DNA of 64,000 nucleotides, taken from positions 19,799,664 through 19,863,663 of the forward strand of contig MU057344.1 in the NCBI GenBank assembly GCA_013239625.1, written 5' to 3'. The notes beneath the pieces are model-generated. The model worked only from the letters and a program-made list of their open reading frames with translations, searched no databases and was not told the origin of the DNA. A program made the position numbers and the translations under genes. Below are positions 1 through 11,070 of the stretch, in pieces; the stretch's first letter is position 1, and each line of letters begins with the position of its first letter. This DNA comes from Lama guanicoe. Taxonomy: Eukaryota.

Positions 1-483
1 CCCCGACTTGCAGGGGTTGGCATCCTGCGCAGCGTTCGTCTTCGTTACTGTTTACTGCGGCATGTATAATGCTGCTTCCTAGGAGGCGCGTTTGCGCTTT
101 AAGTGGAGTTGCATGCAGGGTATTTTGTTCCTGGTTTTGTTTAAAAGTTTTTGTGGTTTAGAAACGGATGCTTTAGTTATGCGAGTTTTTATCTTTTGAG
201 GTGGTTTTCCTATTCCAGATGATAGGATTAAAGATAGAAGCTTTAATTGCTGTAACGACTGTACACTTGCTATTTCTTTGGCAGGAAGTTCATCGCCTGT
301 TGGGGTTTCTAGATGTTTTCTTTGGAGACCTAGCTGAAAATTCAGATTACTAATGTGTGTCTGATTATCGGTCTTGGACTGGAATTTTTTTGTTGACACT
401 CCAGGTGTTTTGGGTCTACTCCCTTATATATATCTCTCCGAAGCAGCTATCAACTGGGTGAAGTTAGTTTCTCAAGTATAGTG

Positions 484-688
484 ACCAACGTGGATACCCC
501 GGGAGGTCACTCTCCCCGGGCTCTGTCCAGGTGGCGTAGGGGAGCATAGGGCTCTGCCCCGTGAGGTACAGTCCCTTTCCACAACGTTGGAGATGAAGCT
601 AGGCCTTGAGTCAGCGCCTGCATATTCCTACAGCTTCTCAGAGTCCTGTGGACAATGACTGGGGAGACAAACCATGCAGGAAACAGCT
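484..688 (+). ncRNA. SNORA73: H/ACA snoRNA U17/SNORA73, copy 1
   Basis: Recognised U17 sequence (CCAACGTGGATA...CCATGCAGGAAACA). H box AGATGA 591..596; conserved m1 ATATTCCTA 622..630 and m2 AAACCAT 669..675; ACA 683..685, 3 nt from the end. Confidence 0.97.
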
Positions 689-1447
689 CTGTAGAGCAAC
701 CTATGTGGATCTGGGTTGATCTGAAATACCGGAAAAATTTGCTTTACTCAGTTTTACTATAGTAGTAGATTAAGCTCTTACCTGCCTTGTTTTACAGTGT
801 TCATTCGGGATTCGGGATAGCTTGATTTGAGGTAAGTAAATCTACACATTGCTTTTGGCTTGTCAGCGTTTGCCTGTCTGTGTTTTGTATAAGACGTTTG
901 ATCTTTCTGAACGTGGGTTCCTTTCATGAAGATGCTACTGATGTATAATGCATCCAAAGACTACTACATTTTTGTGAGCATATTTACAATTTCTTAGATG
1001 TCTGATTATGTTCTGAAAGATAGCTTTTTAATTTTGTTCCTGTATCGTAAAACTGGTTCTCACATTTTTAATTGTGATGGAGAGAAATTTGTATTTTGCA
1101 AATGGGATGATTTTGACTGTTTTGGTGGCTTAACGAAAGTCAAAAGCTGTCACATGAGCCATATATTGTATGTACCACCTCCCCCACCGTCTATCCAAGG
1201 GAGCTAAGGGTTTGATCTCGTATAAAACCTTTCCACAATGGGAGTGAAGTTGGGCATGTGCACCAGCCTACTTCTGTGATGAATGACAGTAATTAAAATA
1301 CATGAAGCACAAAATTGTCAGTAGCAGTGACTTTAGAATTTATTTTAAAAGTTGCTGATCATGGTGAGCTTCCTTTCCTCAAATCTATGTAGGGTATGAG
1401 GAAAAGTGAAATCCCTTGAAAATAGGGGTAATGGTGTTAAAAAACAT

Positions 1448-1652
1448 TCCAACGTGGATATCCCGGGAGGTCACTCTCCCCGGGCTCTGTCCAGGTGGCG
1501 TAGGGGAGCATAGGGCTCTGCCCCATGATGTACAGTCCCTTTCCACAACGTTGGAGATGAAGCCGGGCCTTGAGTCTGCACCTGCATATTCCTACAGCTT
1601 CTCAGAGTCCTGTGGACAATGACTGGGGAGACAAACCATGCAGGAAACATCT
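1448..1652 (+). ncRNA. SNORA73: H/ACA snoRNA U17/SNORA73, copy 2
   Basis: Near-identical to copy 1. H box AGATGA 1555..1560, m1 and m2 intact, ACA 1647..1649. Ends 74 nt before the acceptor at 1726. Confidence 0.97.
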
Positions 1653-3559
1653 AGTATGCCAGAATTTACAGTTGAAGTTAAGTTAGTAAATATGAGTCTA
1701 ATTCTTTCTTCGTCTTTTTTATTCAGGAGAGAAGAGGAGCCTCGCTAATTTTGCAGTTAACACTAATGCTTTGGGGTCCTTTATTCGGCAGGGAGAGTTG
1801 GTAAAGTGAGTAATACACTGTTTTTGGAAGATAAAGCCTGGACGGCCTGAAAATGTTTGGGCACAGTGTTTAACCCTAGAACTGCACCTTAAAACCCAGC
1901 AGAGTAATAGGTGGTTCTGTTGCCCAGGGGCCCACTGAAATTTTTAAGGATTTCTAAATGATCCTGGTGTGTGGGCAGGTCTGTTAAAAAGACAGTATAG
2001 TCTTGACCTAGGAGGCCCAGAGACCCTTCCACGTTTCCTATGAATTGGAACCTTGTCATGATAACACTAATATACGACTTAGCCTTTTTTTTTTTTTACC
2101 ATTCTGAAGTATTTTCTAACAGTGAAAAGCAGATGCCCATGAGAACCTAAATGTCCTATTGAAAGAAATCCATGTCAGTTTCTAATGTACTCATAAATAA
2201 AGATGATAGTATATATACTTGTGTGGTTCCTTTTTTTATGTGCAAATGTGACTGCTGAATGAATATTATGTGAATGGAACTGCTTGTTAAAGCAGTTAAT
2301 GCCTGGTTAGTTCCACAATAAAAGGCCCTGAGCTCTTGTCTGAGATTGACACTTTACCATCACTTGGGAAAATGCTTTTTGGTTAGGGCCCAGATAAAAG
2401 CTCCTTGGGTAAGCCCCGTTTTCATTTCTGTTGGATGATAATTCAAAGGTGGATAATGCTTAAGGTACCTGTCTAATGATTTAAGGTGTGGTATTCCAGA
2501 CTTCATGCAGTAGGCCACTGATAACGGGAAATCTGCTGGTCAGACCTAACCTTGCTGGCAAATTGACGTTGGCAACTACAAGATTTTGTATAAATGTTAC
2601 CACTTGTTAGGTTAAGCCTCTGCTGCCTGTGTCCAAGGGGTGTGGTTGAGTCACAATAGAACTTTTTGTCAAGCCCTTGTACAGGCTGCCAGCCTTGGGG
2701 AAATCAAGGCCCTGAAGGATGGGGACTAGCGGGGAACCATCTAGAAGGTAAGAATTTCGATCTCAGATGCGGCTAAATGAATTTCACAATTTAACAAGAA
2801 TAGTCATTTAGAAGCCATTGGGGTCACCCTTAGGGGAAGATTTGGGGGGTTGGTTTTGGTGGTCACATGGGATGTGTCCAGATGGACTGCAAAGTGCTCA
2901 AAGCCAAGAGTTTATGTATGTGGGAAGAGGAGTTAGTACTTGTGTCTGATTATTGGACAAAAACCTGGGAGAACTTGTTGGATTGTTTCAAGTACCACTG
3001 TGTCTCAAGAGTTCATGTCCCAAAACAAGTAGTGACGTGTGCCAGGTTCTTCTAAACATTTGGCGTATATTACTCAGCTCTGTGAGGTGGGTATTGGTCT
3101 GTTTTGATGGGAAAACCCAGAAAGAAAGGCTACATAATTGCCCAGATCTACAACTAGGAAGATGGGCCTCTGCATAAATTAATGGGACACTTCCTTGGGA
3201 TGGACACATACAAAGCAGGGTCCTGTTTATCTTTGCATCCCCAGGATTATCCCTGTGTCTAGCTCACCTGGTATTACCACATAAACACTCTCTGGACAGT
3301 AGATGCAAAAAGCCTGAATAGTGTTTTTAGAACAAATCCTCAGGGTAGGGCTGGGTGGTAGGTGAAAAACAGTATCTCCTGACATGGAAGTATACCTGAA
3401 GTAAAGCTGTCAGCATGTATTCTAGGTCCCACCCTTTCAGCTAAACTTCAGATTGCACCATATCTACCTGTAGGCTTTACAAACCTGCTCTCCTGGCTTT
3501 TTTTCTGTATGTATGCCTGTAGTCAAGTCAGTTGTTAACCAAGCGTGACAGTCTGATGC

Positions 3560-3710
3560 CAACGCTTGCAGTCCCTGTGGTCTTGGGCAAGCTACTTAAC
3601 CTCTGCCTCAGCTTCCTCATGCATTGAATGGGGATAAAAGTACCTACCTCTTGGAGTTCTAATGAGAATTAGTTAATACTTGTAAAAAGCTGCTTACAGT
3701 CTCATAGTAC
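3560..3710 (+). mobile_element. MIR SINE fragment
   Basis: MIR core: cttgggcaagctacttaacctctgcctcagcttcctcat...ggggataa. Confidence 0.7.
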
Positions 3711-5112
3711 GATGAGCTTGTGAGAAAATTCTCTTAAAAGCAGACAACGAGGAATATAGTATCCAGTAAGTTTATTCAATAAAGTCCACCACCATAGATA
3801 AATGACCCACTAAACCAGGCTTATCTCACTCAGGACCCTACCTATCCAGGGGAGTTAAAAAGAGGATGATTCAGGGAGCTTAGTATCGCCCAAGATCATC
3901 TAACTAGTAAGTAGCAGAACTAGAATTAAAACCTAACTCCAAAACCACATACTAGCTTTGAGCAAGGCAGTGTGGTAAGATATGTACATTATCTCATCTA
4001 ATACTCCTTGCACCTCTGCAAAGTGGGTAGTCTGTCCATTTTTGCAGATGAAACAGATTGAAGGCATTGAACTTGCTTAAGTTACACAGCCAGTAAGTGG
4101 CATTCATCTGTGCAATTGACTACAGAACCTATACTCAACGCTACATCATACCATGCCTTGAGAAATAGCTATTCCTGGTTTAAAGCACTGAACTCTTGCA
4201 ATTCAGCTAATTAGCAATACCCACTGTACCATAAAAACTCAGTTTCAGTTGTAATGAATTATATATCTGCTATGTGCCTAGCTTGACTTGACTTGAAAAT
4301 ACTAAAATGGACATAAGTACAGTTTCCTGGGGAGCGACAGCCCTTCCCTGGTTGTTCCTCTGTCTTTCACTGCTTTCTGTCTTTGTGCATGTCCTTCCCT
4401 CAGAAGGATGGAACCAACGTCTTTATGATAGTATCTGACACTTGATGAGGATTTGCCATGTGTTAGATATTCTTTCATCCTTACCAACAATCATATGCAG
4501 TGCACAGACTTTTATTACAACCATGTTATAGAAAAGACAATCAAGGTTAGATTATTTGCCCAAGGTCACAGAATAGGACTTGAAGGTCTGCATCTTAAGA
4601 GCCTGTACTCAACCACCATCCTCCCCTCCCCTCCCCCTAAGCATCCAGAATGGCCTCTCAAAGGCAGGGTGGGTACCCTGAACATTCCATCATGATCATG
4701 GTATTAGAATTCTGAAGTGATTATTTTCCAGGTAATGTCCATCTAACCTACTAGTTGGGGGATCCTCAACGAATGGGACCATAGATTTGTGCTCAGTACC
4801 TAGTACTGTGCCTGGTACATAGCAAACACTGGTTGATGACTTCATTATTTTTCTGTGTTCTGTTTCATTGATTTCTCTTTAGATCTTTAGTATTTCCTTT
4901 CTTCTGTTTACACTGAGTTTAGTTTGCTCTTCTTTTCCTAGTTTACTAAGATAGAACCTGAGGTCATTGATTTGAGACCTTTCTTTTTTTTTCCCCATAG
5001 TCTAGGCATTTAGTGCTATGCGTTTCCCCCAAATACTGCTTTAACAATATTCCACAAGTTCTGCTACGTTATTTTTTTTATTTTAATTCAGTTCAAAACA
5101 CTTTCAAATTCC

Positions 5113-5290
5113 TAACAACAAGGTTCTAATGCATAGCACAGGGAACTACATTCAATATCTTATAAAAACCTATAATGAAAAAGAACATATATATGCATAA
5201 CTAAATCACTATGCTATATACCAGAAACTAACACAACATTATAAATCAACTATACTTCAATTAAAAATAAACCAAAAACAAAACCAAAGT
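5113..5290 (+). mobile_element. 5'-truncated young L1 3' end with TSD
   Basis: L1 3'UTR (catagcacagggaactacattcaatatctt...tatacttcaattaaaa). TSD actttcaaattcc at 5100..5112 and 5291..5303. Confidence 0.85.
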
Positions 5291-5967
5291 ACTTTCAAAT
5301 TCCCTTTTGATTTCTTCTTTGATCTGTGGGCTACTTAAAAGTGTGTTAGTTTTTAAGCATTTGGGAGTTTTCCAAAGATCTTTCTGCTATTGGTTTCTAC
5401 TTTCATTCCATTGTGGCCTCAGTCCATATGCTTGAATCCTCTTAAGTTTACTGAGACTTGTTCTACCCAGAATCTGGCCTATCTTGGTAAATATTTCATG
5501 TGCACGTGAAAGGAATGAGTATGTTACTGATGTTTGAAAATGAAATCAAGTTAGAGGGTGAAGAAATGTGAAGGGTTCTATAAATGTCAATCAGCTCAAA
5601 TTGATTGAAAGTGTTGTTCAAGTCTACTCTATCCTTGCTGGTTTTCTCCCTACCTGTCCCGTCAGTAATACTGAGAGTGGGATATTGGAATCTCCAGTTG
5701 TAGTTGTAGATAGAAGTTCTGTTTCTTCCAGAAGTTCTATCAGTTTTTTGCTTCATGTATTTTGAAGCGCTGTAATTAGTTGCATATGTTTAGGATTGTG
5801 CATTTTAATTAATTGACTCCTTTAGCATGAACTTACCTTCTTTATCTCAACAATATTCTTTGCTCTGAAATCTACCTTGCCATTCATATAGCTGCTCTGG
5901 CTTTATTTTGACTAGTGTCATCAGAGTATGTCTTTTTCTATCTTCTTATGTTTAACCTATTTGTGTA

Positions 5968-6326
5968 AAGTTGATCCTTGTACAACATGGGGGTGCTGTT
6001 GAAAATCCATAGATAACTTCACAGTCGGCCCTCTATCTGCAGTTCTGCATCCATGGGTTCAACCAGCCTCAGATCGTGTAGTACTGAAGTACGTACATAT
6101 CTATTGAAAACAATCTGAGTATAGGTGAACTTGCACAGTTCAAACCTGTGTTGTTCAGGGGGAGGGTACAGCTCAAGTGGTAGAGCACATGCTTAGCATA
6201 CACAAGGTCCTGGGATCAATCCCCAGTACCTCCTCTGCAATTAAACCTAATTACCTCCCCCCACCAAAAAATAAAGTAAAATAAAATAATTTTTTCAAAA
6301 AATCTGTGTTGTTCAAGTGTCAACTG
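5968..6326 (+). mobile_element. Tigger2/MER8-type DNA transposon (MITE)
   Basis: Terminal inverted repeats (a)AGTTGATCCTTGTACAACA and TGTTGTTCAAGTGTCAACTG; TA target duplication at 5966 and 6327. Confidence 0.8.
6158..6299 (+). mobile_element. tRNA-derived SINE (camelid Vic-1-like)
   Basis: GGGGAGGGTACAGCTCAAGTGGTAGAGC head with A/B boxes and AAACCTAATTACCTCCCC tail; 16-nt TSD at 6142..6157 and 6300..6315 (1 mismatch). Confidence 0.9.
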
Positions 6327-6639
6327 TACTTACATTTAACATGTATTTCTTGTAAGCAGTGTGTACTTGGGTCTTGCTTTTTCTGTATATTATGACAATC
6401 TCTGCCTTTTAATTGAAGTGTTTAAAACACATTTATTTTTATATGATTGAGTCTTATCTTGGTATTTGTTTTCTATTTTTGTTTCAACTGCTCTTTGTTC
6501 CTTTTGTACTCTTTTTCTGCCCTTTTTTTTTTTAATTCAGTATCTTTTCCTGATTCCATCTTATCTTTGTTGGCTTTTAGCCATAACTATTTTGTTATTT
6601 TTGGTTTGGTGGTCATTTTGGGGATTCACATATACATCT

Positions 6640-6915
6640 TTTTTTTTTTCATTTAAAAAAAATTTTTAATTGACGTATAGTTGATTTACAATGTTAGTTT
6701 CAGGTGTACAGCAAAGTGATTCAGTTATTATTTTTTAATATTTTTATTGGAGTATAGTCGGTTTACAATGTTATGTCAATTTCTGGTGTACAGAGCAGTA
6801 CTTCAGTCATATAGGAACATACATATATTCATTTTCATATTCTTTTTAACCATAAGTTACTATAAGATATTGAATATAGTTCCCTATGCCATACAGTATA
6901 AACTTGTTTATCTCA
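6640..6915 (-). mobile_element. Two stacked young L1 3'-end fragments
   Basis: Poly(T) followed twice by gtatagt(t/c)g(a/g)tttacaatgtt, the antisense L1 terminus. Confidence 0.75.
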
Positions 6916-7621
6916 TCGTATACACCTTTAACTATCAGAGTCTAAGTTCAATTGATGATATACTACTTCACTTAATATAATGATCTTATATTTCTCACCC
7001 CATAGTCTTTGTTATTGTTGTCATGTATTCTACTTTTTATATATGTTATAAAATCCACAATACCTTAGTATTTTTGTTTAAACAGGCAATTATCTTTTTT
7101 AAAGTTTTGTAAAAAGAAAAAATCTTACCTAATTACCTCCGCCCCCAAAAAAGAAAAAATCTTATATATTTACCCACGTGGCTACATTTCCAATGCCCTT
7201 CACTCCTTCGTATAGATCCAGATTCTCACCTGCTATCACTTTGCTATCACTTTCCTTCCACACAAAAGTATTCCTTTAACATTTCTTTTATGATGGGTCT
7301 GCTGGTGATGAATTCTTTCAGCTTTTGCATGTCTGAAAATGCCTTAATTTCCCCTTCATTTGTGAACACTGTTTTTCCTTGATATACTTTTCTAGATACA
7401 ATTTTACTGGAGCACATTAGAGATGTTGCTCTGTTCTTGTTGGCATTGTATCCTTGTCTTTGTTCTTCTGTACATAAGATGTTGCATTGTATCCTTTTCT
7501 TGTTCCTCTGTACATAATGTCTTTCTTCTGATTGCTTTTAAGATTTTCTATTGTTGGTTTTGAGCAATTTGATTTTGATGTACCTTGTTTCCTATGCTCG
7601 GAGTTCCTTGAGCTTAGATTT

Positions 7622-8007
7622 TGTATGGGTCAGGGTTCTCTAGAGAAACAGAACTAGTAGGATGTATGTGTGTAGATAGAGATTTAATTTAAGGAATTGG
7701 CTCATGTGGTGGTGGGGACCGGAAAGCCTAAAATCTGTAGGGCCAGACAGCAGACTGGAAATTCCAGTAAGAGCTGATGTTGCAGTCTTGAATCCAGAGG
7801 CAGTCTTGGCAGAATTCCTTCTCTTAAAGCCTTCAACTGATTGGATGAGGCCTGCTCATATTATAAAGGGTCATATGCTTTCCTCAAAGTCTACTGATTT
7901 AAAAGTTAGTATATCTAAAAAATGACTCTCAGCAACATCTAGACTGGTGATTGACCAAACAACAGGGCAGTATAGTCTAGCCAAATTGACGCATAAAATT
8001 AATCACA
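7622..8007. mobile_element. MLT2-type (ERVL) solo LTR
   Basis: TG...CA termini; typical text gtcagggttctctagagaaacagaac...ccaaattgacgcataaaattaatcaca; interrupts the L1. Confidence 0.85.
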
Positions 8008-10494
8008 GATCCGTAGGTTTATAGTCTGAATATTTTGACCATTATTTCTTTTTTTTTTTTTTTGACCATTATTTCTTTAAGTATTTTCTATCTCCAGTTC
8101 CTCCTTGTTTTGGGATCTCCAATTACCTGTAGAGTAGGCTACTTATTAAAGTTATTTCATAGCTGACTAATGCTATTTTCACGTAAAATTTTTTTCTCTG
8201 TGTGTTCCATTTTGTTTTTTGCTATGCCGTCAAATTCACTAACCATTGCATTTGCAATATCTAATCTATTATTAATCCCATCCAGTTTATTTGTCATCTT
8301 AGATATTGTCAAGATGTTCACTTTGGATCTTTTTATGTCTTCCATGTCTCTGCTTAACTTTTGGACATACAGAATACTCTTATAATAACTTTTAATGCCA
8401 TTCACTTCTGAGTCTATCATCTATGTCATTTCTGAGTCAAGGCCAATTGATTATTCTCCTTACTATGGTTTGTGTTCAATGAATAAAATACAATAATTAA
8501 AGGTTGTGAAAAAATTAAAATTAATATTTGGGTTCAGAGAGGAAAAGATAAGTGCAGCCAAGGAAGGCTTCATGGAGATGGTGACTGAAGTGAGCCTTAA
8601 AATATATCAAGAATTCAGCTAGGCAGGAAGGAAGGCCCCTGTTAGGAAAGGTGAGAAAGTAGGAATGAGCATGGGCACGTCCAGAGTGCAGTGTAAAGGC
8701 CAAGGGGAAAATGGGAATCAACGCCTTGGGGCATTTGCCACCTGGTGCTCCAAGCATAGCACTAAAGCAATATCTGAGTCTTTAAAGATTTCTCAGCAGG
8801 GCAAGGTCTCTTGATTTAGGGAGACTAACCTGGGGATCTAGGTGAAATGAAATGGAGGGGAAAGGATGAGAGGCAGGAACACAAGAGGTTGGTGCTTAGA
8901 CTAGAGGGGCAGAAACAGAACATGGAGCAGAGAAGGATGAGTCAGAAAAGAAATTGAGGTTTGAACCTGTACTTGTCAAAGAACCTTAACCTTGGCTTGA
9001 AGGATGAAGGGGGAATGTGTCTAGATCCATGGGAAATGAGTTTTATTTTGGGTGTTGAGTCTTCTGCATAGACTGTAGGACTGAAACTTAGGGTGGAGGT
9101 CAGAACCAGACCAGATGGATTGCCCTCTCAGTTAAAAGGTGATGGCTAAAAAGTTTTAAAAAAGCCCTGAACAAGAGTTCTACTCTCCTACCACTTGTAT
9201 GATGACCCCAGAGAACTTGCTTAACCTCTTTGTACCTCATTTTTCTCATTTTCCAACTGTTGAAGTTTTTATGAGGAACAAATGAACTAATGGACATGGA
9301 TGAACATGTTTCTGTAGTTAAAGTAAAAGGTTTTACAAAATAGGTGATAATAATTATTTTTATAATTATATTAAGCCATGTGACTGAGTAAGATCTTGGA
9401 GGAAGACAGCAGAGAGAGATCAGAGGTCCCAGGGTTAAAACTTGGAGACATTTCACAGTATATCATTCAAAAGAAGAGTCTGTGATGGAGGCAGAAGTAA
9501 ACTTGAAGAGGTAAGAGACTCTGAAGATGGGGACTACCTTTTTTGAGGGGAGGGGCTCTGCAGAGAAGAAATTCAGTTGGTAAACACTCATAAAAAGTGT
9601 CCATCTAGAGTTCAGGTATGATAGTATGACTTTCAGAGTCAGAATCAACATGAAATGAAGAAAATGTCCTTCTGCAGCGCTCACTCCCCTGACCTAGGAA
9701 GTCCCCAGACACAATCAAATGGCCTGAAAGTTCACCGCAGGAAACCCTTGAAATCCTAAAGAAATGTTTGTATTCATCCTGAAGAAGGAGTGTGTTAACA
9801 AGACAGCGTAGTCGGCTTGGTGCCTGTTCTCCATCTCTAGCTCCCAACCTCAATTTACACCCTCATCTTCTTTCTTATCTGGTCTCCCTCCCCGACTCTT
9901 GGTTTCCCCTTCCCTCAAGTCCATTCTCCATTTTGTTCTAAAGCAAACATCTGCTCATGTCACTCACGTACTCAAATCCCTTTCATAGTTCCCCACTGCC
10001 TCAGGGTAGAGGCTGTGTCCTTAGAGACCCTGAACCCATGGCCTGTCTCTCCCTCTCCAGTTCTCCCCCACGTTACTCCTGTGGCACTCTCTGCCCCAGT
10101 CAGACCCTGCGAGTTTCTCATAACCACCATAGGCTCTCATCGCTCGCTGTCATTGCAAGTGATGCTTCTTCTAGGAGGCCCTGCCCTCTTAGCCTTAACC
10201 TGGAAAGTCCTTTTTAAGCCCTGGCTGAGCCAGATAACCCTGTGTGTACCCTTGTCACAGCCCTGGTAGTTGTTGATAGTCTGATTTCTCACCTTTCTCT
10301 GACGGAGAACCTCATGAGAGCAGGGAAGATCAGGATCTCATTTGCCCGTACAGTCCCTTCCACACCAGATTTTCCCAAACAAACCGTGATTCCTAGTAGT
10401 CTTTCTGGTTGTCATTTCATTTGCACCGATTTGGGGTCTCCAAAATGCACACCTACTGAACCCGGGCCAGGGTGGAGAGAGCCTGGTCAAGAGC

Positions 10495-11070
10495 GTCCTA
10501 GCAGAGCGCGCCATTTGCACTTCCCGGGGTGCCCGCCAGGGGTCGCCGGGCTCTTTGTTTTCTTTTCTGGCCCGGGGTCGGGGCCGGAGGCCTGCAGAGC
10601 GCATGCTCTGGGGCAGTTCGCGGCCGGGCTGGCGAGCGGAGGAGTTCCTTGTGGCGGACCTGCAGCGAGGTAGGTCGCGCCCGTCACGCGCCGAGGGTCC
10701 GGGTGAGGGGCGGCGCGCGGGGCGGACACAGCCGGGGCAGCGGCGGTCGTGGTGGGCCGGGGACGTTGCCTGCGCGCGCCCGTGTCGCGCGGCGCCGGCC
10801 CCACGTGAAGCCGGGCGGCCGGGAGGCGCGGGATCTCCCGCCCGGCCCGCGCCGGCCGCGCGGGCGGGAGATTCAAACGGCCCGAGCGCGGCCGGCCGAG
10901 GTGCGCGCGGCCGCGGTGACCTCGGCGCCCGCGGTACGCAGATCCGCGCGCCTCCCCGGCCGGGGCAGCCACCCTGGCGGGGGCCGCGTTTCCGAAGCGA
11001 AAAAGTGACTTTGTCCAGCATCGGTTTGGAGAATGCGGATTGTAGAGTGGGGCCGGAATCCTGCCCGACG
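10495..11070 (+). promoter_or_regulatory. RCC1: CpG island: RCC1 proximal promoter and non-coding first exon (donor after 10669)
   Basis: Very high CpG density. NRF1-like palindrome GAGCGCATGCTC ~10597..10608; donor gag|gtaggt at 10669/10670; E-box CACGTG 10802..10807; GGCGGGAGATTCAAA 10863..10877. Confidence 0.8.

Larger units (their letters stand above)
1..2330 (+). ncRNA. SNHG3: snoRNA host gene SNHG3/U17HG, partial (TSS upstream of window)
   Basis: Two intronic U17 copies are separated by a small AG/GT-bounded exon (798..831, tttacag|...|gtaagt). A further exon starts at 1727 after a strong pyrimidine tract, with donors at 1801 and 1806. AATAAA at 2196 and 2317. Lies upstream of RCC1 as in human. 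3' end approximate. Confidence 0.8.
4845..8460 (-). mobile_element. Old L1 (ORF2 region), interrupted by several younger elements
   Basis: T-rich antisense L1 text. The minus-strand ORF at 5496..5756 (DLNNTFNQFELIDIYRTLH) resembles the L1 endonuclease domain. Boundaries approximate. Confidence 0.8.

Noticed and set aside
484-1652. Two ~205-nt direct repeats as a CRISPR-like array or segmental repeat
   Set aside because: They are the two paralogous U17/SNORA73 snoRNAs; there is no repeat-spacer structure.
6158-6235. tRNA genes (A/B box heads here and at ~32850, 40135, 40650, 49436, 62960, 63130)
   Set aside because: Each has a SINE tail, most have recognisable TSDs, and the cloverleafs are degenerate. 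They are tRNA-derived SINEs.
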